Shown here: positions 1-11,090 of the stretch, piece after piece
How the letters are laid out: every line of letters starts with the position of its first letter
How positions within the stretch are numbered: position 1 is the stretch's first letter
Assembly (NCBI GenBank): GCA_029953675.1
Contig: JAMWBK010000001.1
Location: 1,240,001 to 1,304,000 of the forward strand
Reading direction: 5' to 3'
DNA length: 64,000 nt
From: Rhodosorus marinus CCMP1338
Lineage: Eukaryota; Plantae; Rhodophyta
Notes under the pieces: generated by a model
The model's database searches: none
Told to the model about the DNA's origin: nothing
What the model saw: the letters and a program-made list of their open reading frames with translations, nothing else
Position numbers and translations under genes: made by a program

Positions 1-839
1 TCAGGCATAAACGGTTTTAAAGCATTAGCGGTGGCGCTTGGAAGAGGCTTCACCGCATGACCATCCCATGCGTCGTGATAAGAACATGCAGGTCAGTGGT
101 TTGAGGGAAGCGAAGGATAGCACAACAAAAGATTAGGTCTGCGTCGTCGCCACGCGCGTTTGCCGAAGCTCGCAGGTCTACCTGCCTCTCGATTCTCGAA
201 CTGTTCGGTGTTCTCTTGACACTTTTGTGAGTCGGACGCTCATATGAACGCCTGCATTCCAAGACGGTCATATAAAACTGTGCCAAGGTCGTCGTCGTGC
301 TGAGTGCAAAATGGGTATCCGTTTCGATAAGCGGTAACGATTTTTGTCAACTTCCCCCATCTCCCATCTTGATCTTCACCAAGAAGCGGAGGTTAGGCGG
401 TGTTTTTGTTAACACAGCTTGAAGCTCTACGCGGGGCGTACTGCGAACTCGTACCAGAGAATAAAGATCTCAAGTCAAGGCGGTGGTATAAGCCTCGCCT
501 AGTATTCTCCAGGGACACCGAACCCACGTAAGTGTATTGGAAATCCTGCAGGATGTTTCAATAAGGCGTTCGCAAAGTCGTTCCAAGCTTGAGCTCTCAG
601 GTGACGGAGCAGGGGGAATTCTTAGCCTCGCTTATTTGCTTTTCTTGACCAGCCATAGAATACATGTGATAACTTGAAGCAACCGGTCGCTAGTTCACAT
701 TACGCCTTGTGTAGCGCTTAAGGGTACTTGTAAAACTTCTATCGTTCGTATGTTGAATGATTATCGAAATCATCCAGATCCAACGGTTGATCGCATATCA
801 ACTACATTACACGGCCTACCTTGCCATGGTGGACGATCT

Positions 840-1420
840 GGTGGTCCCAATCTTCACTCTTGCTTGTATTCACTCCGTGACTGGTGGGTGGCAGTGGTAC
901 CTGGCCTACAGACATCCTTATGAAGCATCGTGAGGAGTACTCGCGATCCCAGATGTTGGAGAATATTCGTCAGCCCCTTAGAGTTCCGCACCCACAGAGT
1001 CCGGCCCATGAAGTATGCTCATACTGCCATCGTTCTCATAATCGGTATGGATGACAGCGAAATCATTAATTGCCAGTTATCCCGCGGAATTTGAGTTTAC
1101 CTCACAATAACCTTGTCAACCAATTGGCTACGCTCCTCAGAGAGCGAGGATTCGAGCAGGTACTGGTCGAGTCCGGGCCTGTTAGCGTAGGGTACGCGTA
1201 TATGGAGCCAATGTTGAGGCTATCCATCCGGTCCCCAAAACAATTGTCCCTCTTCGATATCACTGCAGCAAGCCCCCGACGCGGTTCCATAGACAACGTG
1301 CTGTTGTTAGGTCGCACCGAGACTGGATACAAAGAGGGACTTGAGCTCGGAAGGGTGGCATACGAATCAAGATCAATTTTCCAAGAATTCAACTCCTGCC
1401 CTTCTAACAGAAGTTGTCTC
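840..1420 (+). mobile_element. Degenerate CRE-like non-LTR retrotransposon fragment (zinc knuckle + RLE), lineage distinct from A/B/D
   Basis: Frameshifted translation EVCSYCHRSHNRYG...HNNLVNQLATLLRERGFEQVLVE...LFDITAASP resembles the CxxC...H...C knuckle followed by the HN...G..V.vE...D RLE pattern. Boundaries approximate. Confidence 0.5.
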
Positions 1421-1788
1421 AAGGCGCGTACCGGGCGCGGACCCTCTGATCCTCCTCGCAAGAAGCCAACGACCCAGCGAAATCAGACGAATCCACCAAG
1501 GACAAAGTGCGCGTCAAGGCTAAGGAGTTTGTGGGAAGCTGAGGTATACGGATCGGCTTTGAGCATTGGGGCCAACACAGTGCCGCTCACGCAATCTTGC
1601 TCAACTCTCCCCTCGGTTTCGGTTTCCTCGGTTTCGGTTTGCGTAGAATTTTAGGTAATGCTAACAATAATCGCGAGGTAGCTCTGTCTTGTACGAACTC
1701 TCTTTTCGCTTTTTAATAAAGGAGACCGGGCTTAGCTACCAACACTCGCGCACCAAGAATTTTTTTCGTCGCGCAAGCGACTTTTCCC

Positions 1789-2365
1789 TTCATGCGGACT
1801 GTTGCGAGGTCTCCGCACGAGGCGCCACACTCGTCTCAAGTACATCCTAAGCGAATGTTTAACTCGGATAGGGCATACGGTTGAGGTGAAATCGGAACTA
1901 CCCAGATCGGTCTCGGACGCGGCGCCGGCCCGCTGTATCGCAGATCTTCTTGTCTGAGGCCCTGCCGCCCGACGCTCAGCATATGTTGACCTCGCGATTA
2001 CATGCCCTGTGGCCGAGCGCCCACCTCACGGCTGCCGCACGCTGCCGAGGGGCAGCCGTTTCGGCTCTTCGACGAGTGAAGGAACGACGGTATGCTGAGA
2101 GCATGGCCAGTCTGCCCTACGCCGAGGGTCGCTCCCACCGGTTCCAGCCTTTCATTGTGGAAAGCTCTGGTCATGTGGATAAGTCGGGTTTGGAAATGTT
2201 TCGCTGAGCATCCCACTGAGTACTTCGCGTTTTTAAGGCGTTTGAGTGCCGCCCTGTGGCGATATTCTAGCAGCATGCTTGCCGAGGCGCGCCATCGGCG
2301 CCCGGGTTTGCACGCTTCTCTCCCTAGTTCTTAGTTCCTTTTCACGCCTTGCGTAGCGCTAAAGC
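1789..2365 (+). mobile_element. Family A CRE-like retrotransposon, 5'-truncated, frameshifted (copy 1 of a tandem trio)
   Basis: Matches 4285-4870; encodes RRVKERRYAES...FQPFIVES; ends in the family 3' end TTCACGCCTTGCGTAGCGCT. Confidence 0.9.
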
Positions 2366-2377
2366 CATTTAAAGATC

Positions 2378-2802
2378 AGCATATGTTGACCTCGCGATTA
2401 CATGCCCTGTGGCCAGCGCCCATCTCACGGCTGCCGCCCGCCGCCGGGGAGCAGCTGTTTCGGCCCTTCGCCGCGTGAAGGAACGACGGTATGCTGAGAG
2501 TATGGCCAGTCTGCCTCGCGCTGAGGGTCGCTCCCACCGATTCCAGCCTTTCATTGTTGAAAGCTTTGGTCATGTGGAGAAGGCGGGTTTGGAGTGGTTG
2601 CGGAAATATTTCACTGAGCATCCTGTTGAATACTTGGAACATTTGCGGCGTTTAAATTTCTCTCTGTGGCGATATTCGAGCAGCATGCTTGCCAAGGCGC
2701 GCCATCGGCGCCTGGGTTTGCACGCTTCCCTACCTAGTTCTTAGTTCCTTTTCACGGTTTGCGTAGCGCTATAGGCTATGCTAATAAAACCAAACAATAA
2801 AG
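2378..2802 (+). mobile_element. Family A 3' fragment (copy 2 of tandem trio)
   Basis: ORF 2409-2744 ASAHLTAAARRRGAA...KERRY...FQPFIVESFG...LWRYSS; 3' UTR plus an AATAAAA/CAATAAAG tail. Confidence 0.9.
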
Positions 2803-4898
2803 ATCACTCATGCGATCGAGCTGGAGCGAGCCAGTAGGCCGGATTGGCGCGTTTTGGTGGTTGACTTCCGTAACGCGTTCAACAGCGTGTCGCGGACGCA
2901 TGCTTTGGATGTGATTCGAAGGGTATTCCCGGAGGCGTGGCCGTTGCTTTCCGGTATTTACGGAGGGAGAAGCCTCCCTTACTTGACAACGCAGGGCTCT
3001 GTTTTTGCAGCAGTACTGGCGTTCAACAGGGTGATCATTGTGGGCCTGTAATTCACGCTTGTGCCTTGCAGCTCATGCTCCAGCGACTGGCGGCTGAGGT
3101 GCCGGAGCTTCGCATCTGTGCCTACCATGACGGCGTGACGTTGCTGGGCACCCCTGAGCACTTGGCCCGAGGATTGACCCAGATCGAAGCAATCGCACGT
3201 TGAGTAGGTCTAACCGTAGAACTCGAAAAATGCCGTTTTCTCGGCCCGCGTGAAGTTTCGAGGGGCTCCCTGCCCCCTAGTCTCCGAGCCTTTGGTGAAC
3301 GTGCGGGGCGCGAGCACCATGGCGTCGGTTTGGGGAGTGACAACTTTGTCCAAGACTCCTGCGAACGAGTTTAGCACGCCATAACCAGCTCGCCAACGCC
3401 ATTGAGCGCCTACCGGACAGCATGCTCTAATCGGCTTGCCTGCTTTCCCGCGTTTTTGCCGGCCCCCGACTGAATTACTGGCTGCGAAGCCTTCCACCGC
3501 ACTGGGGCTCGTGGATGGCAGCCAAGGCGGACGAGGCGAGGCTGAAGCACTGGGGAACGCTCCTGGATGAACCCCTGGATGTGGAAGCGGCTCCTGACAG
3601 GGACCTGATTCGTGGCCAGATTGCCCTACCTTTACGATTGGGCGGATTTGGAGTGGCCGACCGTGGACTCGTATGCTCGGCAGCGGCGGTCGCCTCCTGG
3701 GCACCGCGCTTCGCACCTTGGTGAGTTTTCGGATGCGAAGTGCTTGCCTTTTGCTGAGAGCACTGACTATCGAATACCCCGTGACCCTTCCGCCACCGCT
3801 TTTGAGTATCTATGATGCCGGACGAGAGCCGATCCAGATTTCGCTCCTGGAAGGAGCTGTTATGGGGACGAACTGAGGCGCTCGAGGACTCTCCCATCGA
3901 CAGAGTACTCACCGACGAGGGGGAAGCTAGCCCCGGGTCACCGGTTGCCGATTACCCGGGTCTGAGCCGATTGTGGAGCTCGCGCACTGATGTGATTCAG
4001 CATAGCCTCGCCTGGGGCCAACACAGTGCCGCTCACGCAATCTTGCTCAACTCTCCCCTCACCCGCCTACCACCGCCGCTCGCCTCCGCAGCATGGGAGG
4101 CCATCCATCACATTTGTGGTTAACGACCCTGCCGTCATCACTGGGTCACCGTCTGGATGCCTTCCAGTTTCGCTCTGCCGCACGGATTTACCGGGGTTTT
4201 CCACAACCTCCGTGGCACTCTAATCGGCCGTCTTTCTGTCAGGGATGTGAGAGTCAGATCGATGTTTGTGGCTACCATTTCCTAGGTTCATGCGGACTGT
4301 TGAGGGGTCTTCGTACGAGGCGTCACACTCGCTTCAAGTACATTCTTAGCGAATGTTTGACTCGGGTAGGGCATACGGTTGAGGTGGAATCGGAACTACC
4401 CAGATCGGTCTCGGATAGGGCACCGCCGCGCTGTATCGCAGATCTCCTTGTGTCCGATGCTGCCGCCAGACGCCCAGCATATGTTGACCTCGCGATTACA
4501 TGCCCTGTGGCAAGCGCCCATCTCACGGCTGCCCCCCGCCGCCGGGGAGCAGCTGTTTCGGCCCTTCGCCGCGTGAAGGAACGACGGTATGCTGAGAGTA
4601 TGGCCAGTCTGCCTCGCACTGAGGGTCGCTCCCACCGATTCCAGCCTTTCATTATGGAAAGCTTTGGTCATGTGGAGAAGGCGGGTTTGGAGTGGTTGCG
4701 GAAATGTTTCACTGAGCATCCTGTTGAGTACTTGGAACTTTTGCGGCGTTTAAGTGTCTCTCTGTGGCGATATTCGAGCAGCATGCTTGCCGAGGCGCGC
4801 CATCGGCGCCTGGGTTTGCACACTTCCCTACCTAGTTCTTAGTTCCTTTTCACGGTTTTGCGTAGCGTTTCAGGCTATACTAATAAAGCCAATAAAGC
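2803..4898 (+). mobile_element. Family A copy with reverse transcriptase, zinc knuckle and RLE; frameshifted (copy 3 of tandem trio)
   Basis: THAIELERASRPDWRVLVVDFRNAFNSVSR, GVQQGD.CGP, AYHDGV (RT motifs); LPLRLGGFGV; CQGC...GYHFLGSC...RRHT knuckle; ADLLV...YVDLAI...KERRY RLE; (AATAAAGCC)n tail. Confidence 0.92.
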
Positions 4899-6012
4899 AA
4901 GTTAACAATCTGAGGGGCGCACCCCGGCAGAAAGTGAACCTCAGACATTCCACCTTTCAAGCAAGTCCTACCATTGAGCCCCTGAACCCCGCCAGAGAGT
5001 CACCGGCACGCTGCTTTGCTGTTGGACTCGCGTCATCGGCGTCTCCCTTTCCGCCCATCAGTCTGGATAGGCGATGAATAGATTGATTGTTGTTGTTCTA
5101 CGAGCCATTCGATCCGCTTGTTCGGAGCCTAACTACCCTGAGCAGGATGAAACAAGGCGCTGATGACGCGCGTCCAACAGTAAAGCAGCGCTGGAACGCT
5201 AGAGGGTCAAGGAGAGCTCCGTGAGGAGTATCAAGACGCCCTGGGTTGTTGCGAAAGAGCGCAGCCATTCCCTGGACCGAGGAAAATGATAACTTTATAC
5301 CACGCTTCCAATTTTCCATTCTGTTGGGTGCTTCATAACGGCACGCCCACTGAGGATCAGGACACTCCACCTGGCCGCAAACTATGTTCTCGGACGGTAA
5401 TCTCGCTAAATTTCAACGGCCATGGATGATTAGTCTAGTTTCAGCAAAGTGCACAACATGAACCCCGAGCAGTGGTGAGGAGGAAATCACCTTTGTCAAG
5501 CCATCAATATGAACCATTTGACGTGCCGCATAGGTTTTCAGATTGGTTCCAATGGATTTCATTTTGGTGCCTTCCGTTTCGATTCTTGGTAGGTGCAGCT
5601 TGGTTAGTCATCTCGGTTCTGACCCTGGACGTGTGGGTTGGGTTCCCATCGGGCGTCTTTTGGGTTGACCATCTAGGTTCTCAACTTGATTCGCAGGTTC
5701 GACTCCCGGCGTGGCATGTCTGGTGTATTTGTTGAATTAAATTCGTCTGCTCACAATCTGCGAGCCAACTTTGGTTGTTTCAACTCTGAAATTCGTTTAG
5801 AGACTCTCAGCAGAGGTCGGCGCATACACGTGATAATCACTTGCTTCGTTGCTGTGCTATTGCTGGAAATACAAGCAGGCTTCTGCGCGTGGTGTTTGAT
5901 GGTCAAAGCGAAGAAACAAAAAGCCAAAACCGTTCTAGACGCAGCCATCCCATTCTTCATGTTCTAGTTTAATAGTTACAGTTGTAAAGGTTTCCAATGA
6001 GCCGAAAAGTAC

Positions 6013-6045
6013 AGTCTAACTGGACTGGACTTTACTAGTCTAACT
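6013..6045 (-). mobile_element. Tail-only family A micro-insertion with 9-bp TSD
   Basis: AGTCTAACT at 6013-6021 and 6037-6045 flank GGACTGGACTTTACT, the reverse complement of the family A tail AGTAAAGTCCAGTCC. Confidence 0.6.
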
Positions 6046-6133
6046 AGCAGCACACTACACCGTTATCTACAGGAAGAAAGTTGTACGAAGGATGGATTCC
6101 CAAACCCGATCTTGGACGATCTTCGCGGATCAG

Positions 6134-7267
6134 TTAGTTCCACTCGACGTTGACAGGACATCCCTGGAATGGTATCACCTCCAGCTCTGGACAGTCGCTT
6201 TCTCCAGGTACCAAGAACCACCCACCCTTATCGTTTGATGCCTCAATCGTGCTGATGTACACCATGTCATTCATAGACGTGCAATTCGGCATATCCGTCA
6301 ACAGCGACGGGCAGATGTCCCATTCCAAGGGGCTACCGGGGTCTACTGGAGCTGCGATCTGGAACTCCTGGTTGTTGTCCCAGATCTCGTTCAGATCCTG
6401 GTCCGCTCCCCACAGCCCCAAGTACATGTCGGTAACAGTATATTCTTGTCCGACCGAGTTGAGGCTTATCGCGAGATGGAAGCAGCGCTCGCCGTTTACA
6501 GATGAAGTGCTGTACGTCAAAGTTCCAACATTGATGCTCATATCCCTAACTACCAAGGAGAACGTAGAGCTGCAATTTGACTCGTTTTCGCAAGTGAAGC
6601 TTGGCTCCAGGCCGGTCGCTTGGATGTCCTTTTCGCAATTGTAGAAGGGAGTAGGAGTCGGCGACGGTGTCGGGGAGGCATCGCTCCATTTAACACCGAT
6701 CGGACACTGAGTAACCCCGTTAGGTCCTGTGGGAGTCGAGCCCGGACATTGGGTATCGTCAGTGTGCTGCGAGGAAATCCTAAGAGGCGTCTCGTTGTCT
6801 CCGACGAACCCCCGGAAAGCCCCGACCATGCAGATGGAGTCCTGAGAAAGGCAGTTGGGAATCGGCATCTCCGTTACCGGAATCCGAAATGCCAGGTTGT
6901 TCTGATCGATGTCCTCCGCGCTCAGGTTAATCTGAAACTTTGCTCCACCATTGGGAACGCTTCCCTGATCGCAGTTGGGCCAGACTCCAATTTTCACACT
7001 CGTCAAATTCGTAAGGACCTCGATCACGCCCTGCTTTTTTACCTCTAGCTGGAAGCTAGCTGACCCGTCCTCGTTCTCAACAGACTGGGTGTAAAACTTT
7101 GCCACAAGCTGCAGCCCGTACTCTCCATCATCATAGCTCATCCAGTTAGTCCTCCTTTGAAAGTAGGGATATTCACCGTCTGGGTCACAGTTATCGGACT
7201 CCGCCGCTGCTGTTGCAGCCAAAAAACCAATCGCTATAAACAGGGCTGTTCCGTAGAAGCTCTTCAT
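6134..7267 (-). CDS. Secreted protein of unknown function, 377 aa, two internally repeated Cys-containing domains joined by a PTPSPTPTP linker
   Basis: Intact ORF; hydrophobic N-terminus MKSFYGTALFIAIGFLAATAAA; repeated motifs KIGVW/YLGLW, KFQI/EFQI, MPIPNC/DMPNC, CPIGVKWS/CPVNVEWN. Confidence 0.85.
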   Translation of the reverse strand: MKSFYGTALFIAIGFLAATAAAESDNCDPDGEYPYFQRRTNWMSYDDGEYGLQLVAKFYTQSVENEDGSASFQLEVKKQGVIEVLTNLTSVKIGVWPNCDQGSVPNGGAKFQINLSAEDIDQNNLAFRIPVTEMPIPNCLSQDSICMVGAFRGFVGDNETPLRISSQHTDDTQCPGSTPTGPNGVTQCPIGVKWSDASPTPSPTPTPFYNCEKDIQATGLEPSFTCENESNCSSTFSLVVRDMSINVGTLTYSTSSVNGERCFHLAISLNSVGQEYTVTDMYLGLWGADQDLNEIWDNNQEFQIAAPVDPGSPLEWDICPSLLTDMPNCTSMNDMVYISTIEASNDKGGWFLVPGESDCPELEVIPFQGCPVNVEWN

Positions 7268-8323
7268 CTTTGCTAGAGAGGTTATGTTTCAAGTTCTTAT
7301 CGTATTTCTTATCGTCTGGTTGTCTATCTCCCCCTCAACTTCCCATCCCACAGAGGTAGGCTTTCCGCGGAACCTTTTATGCTGTTCGAACAGGTGTGGA
7401 GCGTGCAGACTCCTGCTTGAAGATTTAGACCACTCGTCGTCCAGCGTACAAAGAACGGGTTGTGTGTTCACCGTACCTCTCTCCTCCCGCTGACAGACAG
7501 GTGAGGAGCTGCCACTGGTTTTATTGTTGTGGCTTTCTTGCTTTTACTGTAGTTTTTACTTGGTTTGTCTTTTCCCACTTCGAGGATTGGCGGTAGTGTC
7601 AGCAGGCATTCAAAGTGTTGTTGGATGGGCTGCTGGGCGTTAGATGTCCTAATGGATTAAGATAGCTTGGAGACGAATAGTCAAGTCAACTGAAAAGTTC
7701 ATTTTCTCGAAAAGTACGCCCACATTCCGCAGTGAAATTGACAGAAACGGGATACTACTCGATTGGTGGTGACTTAGCAAGAATTTTCTCTCCCATCTGT
7801 CGCTCGTTGCCAAGGAAATCTAGAACAGATCTACGAACCTCAGGAGCGGACACCCTAGTTGTTGTTCTTGTGGTTTTCTTGGTTTACCTTTCCAACTTGC
7901 AAATGGGCGGAGGCGTCAGCAACCTTCCGTCGAAACTACTCCTATCACTGGTTGCAAAGGTAGTCTAGAATAGATATACCAAAGTCAGTCCGTACCCTTA
8001 ACCATGCTACGCCGAGTTCACCCCAGTTCACATGCAGTCAGGTAAAGTAAACCTAAGCTGTACCACTCTGGATGACGCGTGTGTGCACAACACGTCCCAT
8101 CTGAATCAAAAGGTATGTGCTGTTGTCCGCAAGCTCTGGCTCCGGAAGCGTAACAAAAACGACTGCTTCCTTCGAGACCGGAAATCCTCGAAATCTGGTC
8201 AGTAACGGGTGCGAGATTTCTTCACAGTATATACCATGTTGGGGAATAGATTCGATTGATATCGATCTTTACTTCGTAATTTCCTCTTTTTGGGATCCGT
8301 GCTTGATTGGCGTCTAGTTTTCG

Positions 8324-9100
8324 TATGAGATTAACGTTTTCATAGTCTGTTAATACGGTATAAAATGAACTTCAGTTCTGTATGCAGTTCCTCTATAGAG
8401 TATAAATAGGAGTAGCAAAGACGATGTAAAAGTTCTCTTTGTTTTTTTTAGCTTCAAATGAATATATCTAAAAATAGTTTAAGAAACATACTTGCACCAA
8501 AAGAATTTTGATTGAGCTAGCCTTTTCGATCATTTTAAACGATATGATACGAGAATATAGCTTATCATATCTGTTAATACGCTACTATGCATTTAAAATA
8601 ATAGTTTTAGAGCTATTTTTCGTGGATATGGTGTTGGAAGCTCTTTCGCGGACTCGCGGCGCGCCCCCCTCGGCTGAACTTGATAGACATGCATATTTAC
8701 TTCAAAAATTCCAGATTTCTGAATCTTCGTTTTAGTTGGTACTACAAAAGCCGTCTTTTTTTTGTACGATACAATATGAGATTAACGCTTCTATGATTAT
8801 TTTATACGTTATAAATGGTATTTTGTTTATATATTTTGTTTTCTTTATAGAGTAGAAAGCGGTCTATATATACGATGGAAGAGAAGCTCACGTTGGTTCT
8901 TGCAATTTTTAACTTGAAATGATTGTATATCTAAAATACTTTAAGAATACGCGTCACTCTCCGATTTTGACCGATTTTGTTTAAATCGTTTTAGACGATA
9001 TAATACGGAAATATAGCTTATCATATATGTTAACACGCTATTATCGATTTGAAAATATAATATATTTTGCATCACATCGCCGAGGACCGCCGCGAACATG
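8324..9100. repeat. Diverged AT-rich tandem duplication, period about 451 bp
   Basis: TATGAGATTAACG at 8324 and 8775; ATATAGCTTATCATAT.TGTTAA.ACGCTA and TATATCTAAAA recur at matching offsets. Confidence 0.7.
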
Positions 9101-9274
9101 GAGTGCCACTTGCGAGTGAGCACCTCGTGAATCAATGTAGCGGGCGGACTCGGTGCTAATTTCTCCTAGCTTAGCGAGATGGTAAATGAACAGGAGAGAT
9201 TTCAAAATCCAATAACTCGGAACAGCTTATTCTCTGAACTGTAGTCTGGACGCTTTCAGGGGAGGAAGGACTTC

Positions 9275-9568
9275 GTGGAGGACCAGTTACATGAGGAGCA
9301 CGACCGCGAACACCGCGCTAGCTCGGACCCTCGCTCTACCGTTGCAGCCCAAGAGGACTGTCTCACCATGGCCTTCGGAACATGCGGACGACTTGCAGCA
9401 CGTACAATCGCAAACGTTCACCAGTTCACCAGATATCTGGATTCTGACCCATTCGCCCTGGGGAGAGCTCTCACCGCGATGAACCGCACGCAGTGGAGAG
9501 CAACTCTTGGGTTGGACCTCGTAGTTTTGAGAATGCCCGTAGCTTTTTTTGTAGTTAGCGTTTACTGA
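9275..9568 (+). mobile_element. Possible RLE C-terminal remnant of another non-LTR lineage
   Basis: DCLTMAFGTCGRLAARTIANVHQF...RALTAMNRTQWRA resembles the PFAVETFGRLG...l...lWR end of RLE domains. Confidence 0.35.
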
Positions 9569-9799
9569 TTAGTTAGTACGACTACTAAATCACAGTCGCT
9601 CGCTCTCGTGTGACACCAACTCCAGAAAGCCAAGGAGTCCCTCCGCCCAGGATCGTTACTTTTCCAGTAAACCAGAAATCAAAGACAGGTCCTCGAGGAG
9701 GCTATCAAGACGCCTTGGGTTGCCACGGAAGAGAGCACTAAGCCAACCTGAACCTCACTATCAACTAAGCCAAAAGCTCATACTTTGATGCTCTTGGAA

Positions 9800-9990
9800 A
9801 TTGAGTGTTTTGGCTCTCTGGATTCCGTTGGTTCCCATTTGGCGTCGCGAATTGTTCCACGAGCATGACCGACCGGCTCTCCTCGTTTTCAACCCCGTTC
9901 GAGTTTCCTGTTATGGCCTATGAACGGTGCTTTCATGTTGGAGGCGCGTAATCTACACCGTCAGTAGTCTTTTTTTTCCTCCCCGTTTTA
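9800..9990 (+). mobile_element. Family B 3' end remnant
   Basis: TTGAGTGTTTTGGC...GGATTCCGTTGGTTC...ATGTTGGAGGCGCG...AGTCTTTTTTTTCCTCCC matches 43715-43900. Confidence 0.75.
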
Positions 9991-10209
9991 TTTTGTTCCG
10001 TCTACGAATAGACCCATTCACTCTTTCAAAAACTCCCAAAATCCTATGGGATGCCAGTGGGATCCTATGTCATACCTCTCGAACATTCACCCGATCCTAT
10101 CTCAAATTCGGAAGTTAAACTCGAACGGGCCTGGAGAGTACTGAGGTCAGGGATCACTCGGGAACGCCAGGTAACGTACCTTTCATTTTGCCTCTAAAGA
10201 GGAGGTTCC

Positions 10210-10720
10210 TGCTGAATTTGGTGATGATTTGCATCGTGCTAGGAGTCACGCCTACGTATGGACGGATGCATTGCGAGAACACCCTTTCTTGAGACCTGCT
10301 CTATGTGGCTGGGCCAACTTCACCCGCGGATGGTCTCATCTCCACGCGACTGAGCTCGACTGAGGAGTCTTGGGCGCTGCCTTAGCTCTCAGTGGCTTAC
10401 CAATACCCCCGCCTTTGCGCTACTCCTGCTAACAGGTTTTGGAGTGCGTTCCTCTCTACTCTTTCAGCGGCCGTGGCCTTGCTGAAGGCAGTAGATAGTA
10501 CCACGTTAGTATTTGTTAGTAAAGTGGTTCGCCGTACCTTCTGTGCAACCATGACTACGCCACCATTGATTTTGGTGACCACCTGGTATCAAGCTGTCCT
10601 CATGTGAAAGTTTTCCGGAGCTACAGGTATAATAGGGCTCCAAGCCTGCTGTACAGGGAACTTCGGTGCGTCGGGTGGCAAACCGGTCTCGAAATTGAGC
10701 TTGGGAAGCCTGTGAGTTCC
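10210..10720 (+). mobile_element. Old family B internal remnant
   Basis: ACGGATGCATTGCGAGAACACCCTTTCTTG and GATGGTCTCATCT...TTAGCTCTCAGTGGCT match 43028-43170 with many substitutions. Confidence 0.65.
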
Positions 10721-10854
10721 CGGCCCCCAAACCTGCGGTTACCTACAGGCAGCGGGGGAGTGCCGTGGAGCTGCTGCTTTCACCACGAGCCGTCACAAAT
10801 AATGACCTACGTGGGAGAATTTTTGTCGGAGAATTAAGCCAAACGGGAACCAGC

Positions 10855-11090
10855 AGAATCGATAATGTCAAAGCACTCAACTAGCAAAGGTACCAGACGA
10901 TGAACTAAAACCGAAGCTCGAAGTACAGGGGAAGACAAAGCCCCCTAACCCCCGGGGAATATTCACTTCTTTGCGACGTCGCATAGTTGCAGGGCCAGAT
11001 CCACTTCCTCCGCCCCCCCCGCAGCCGGCAGAAAACGGCTAGCTTGAGGATTGGGAACAGCATCTACTAACTGTTGAGTGTTGTGGAAGC
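10855..11090 (-). mobile_element. Old family B RLE remnant
   Basis: GGGGAAGACAAAGCCCCC...TCTTTGCGACGTC...GCAGCCGGCAGAAAACGGCTAGCTTGAGGATTGGGAACAGCA matches the reverse complement of the B RLE region. Confidence 0.7.

Noticed and set aside
1-330. Minus-strand YPFCTQHDDDLGTVLYDR resembling a LINE C-terminal zinc finger
   Set aside because: Key Cys/His residues are missing and the frames are broken; too weak to call.
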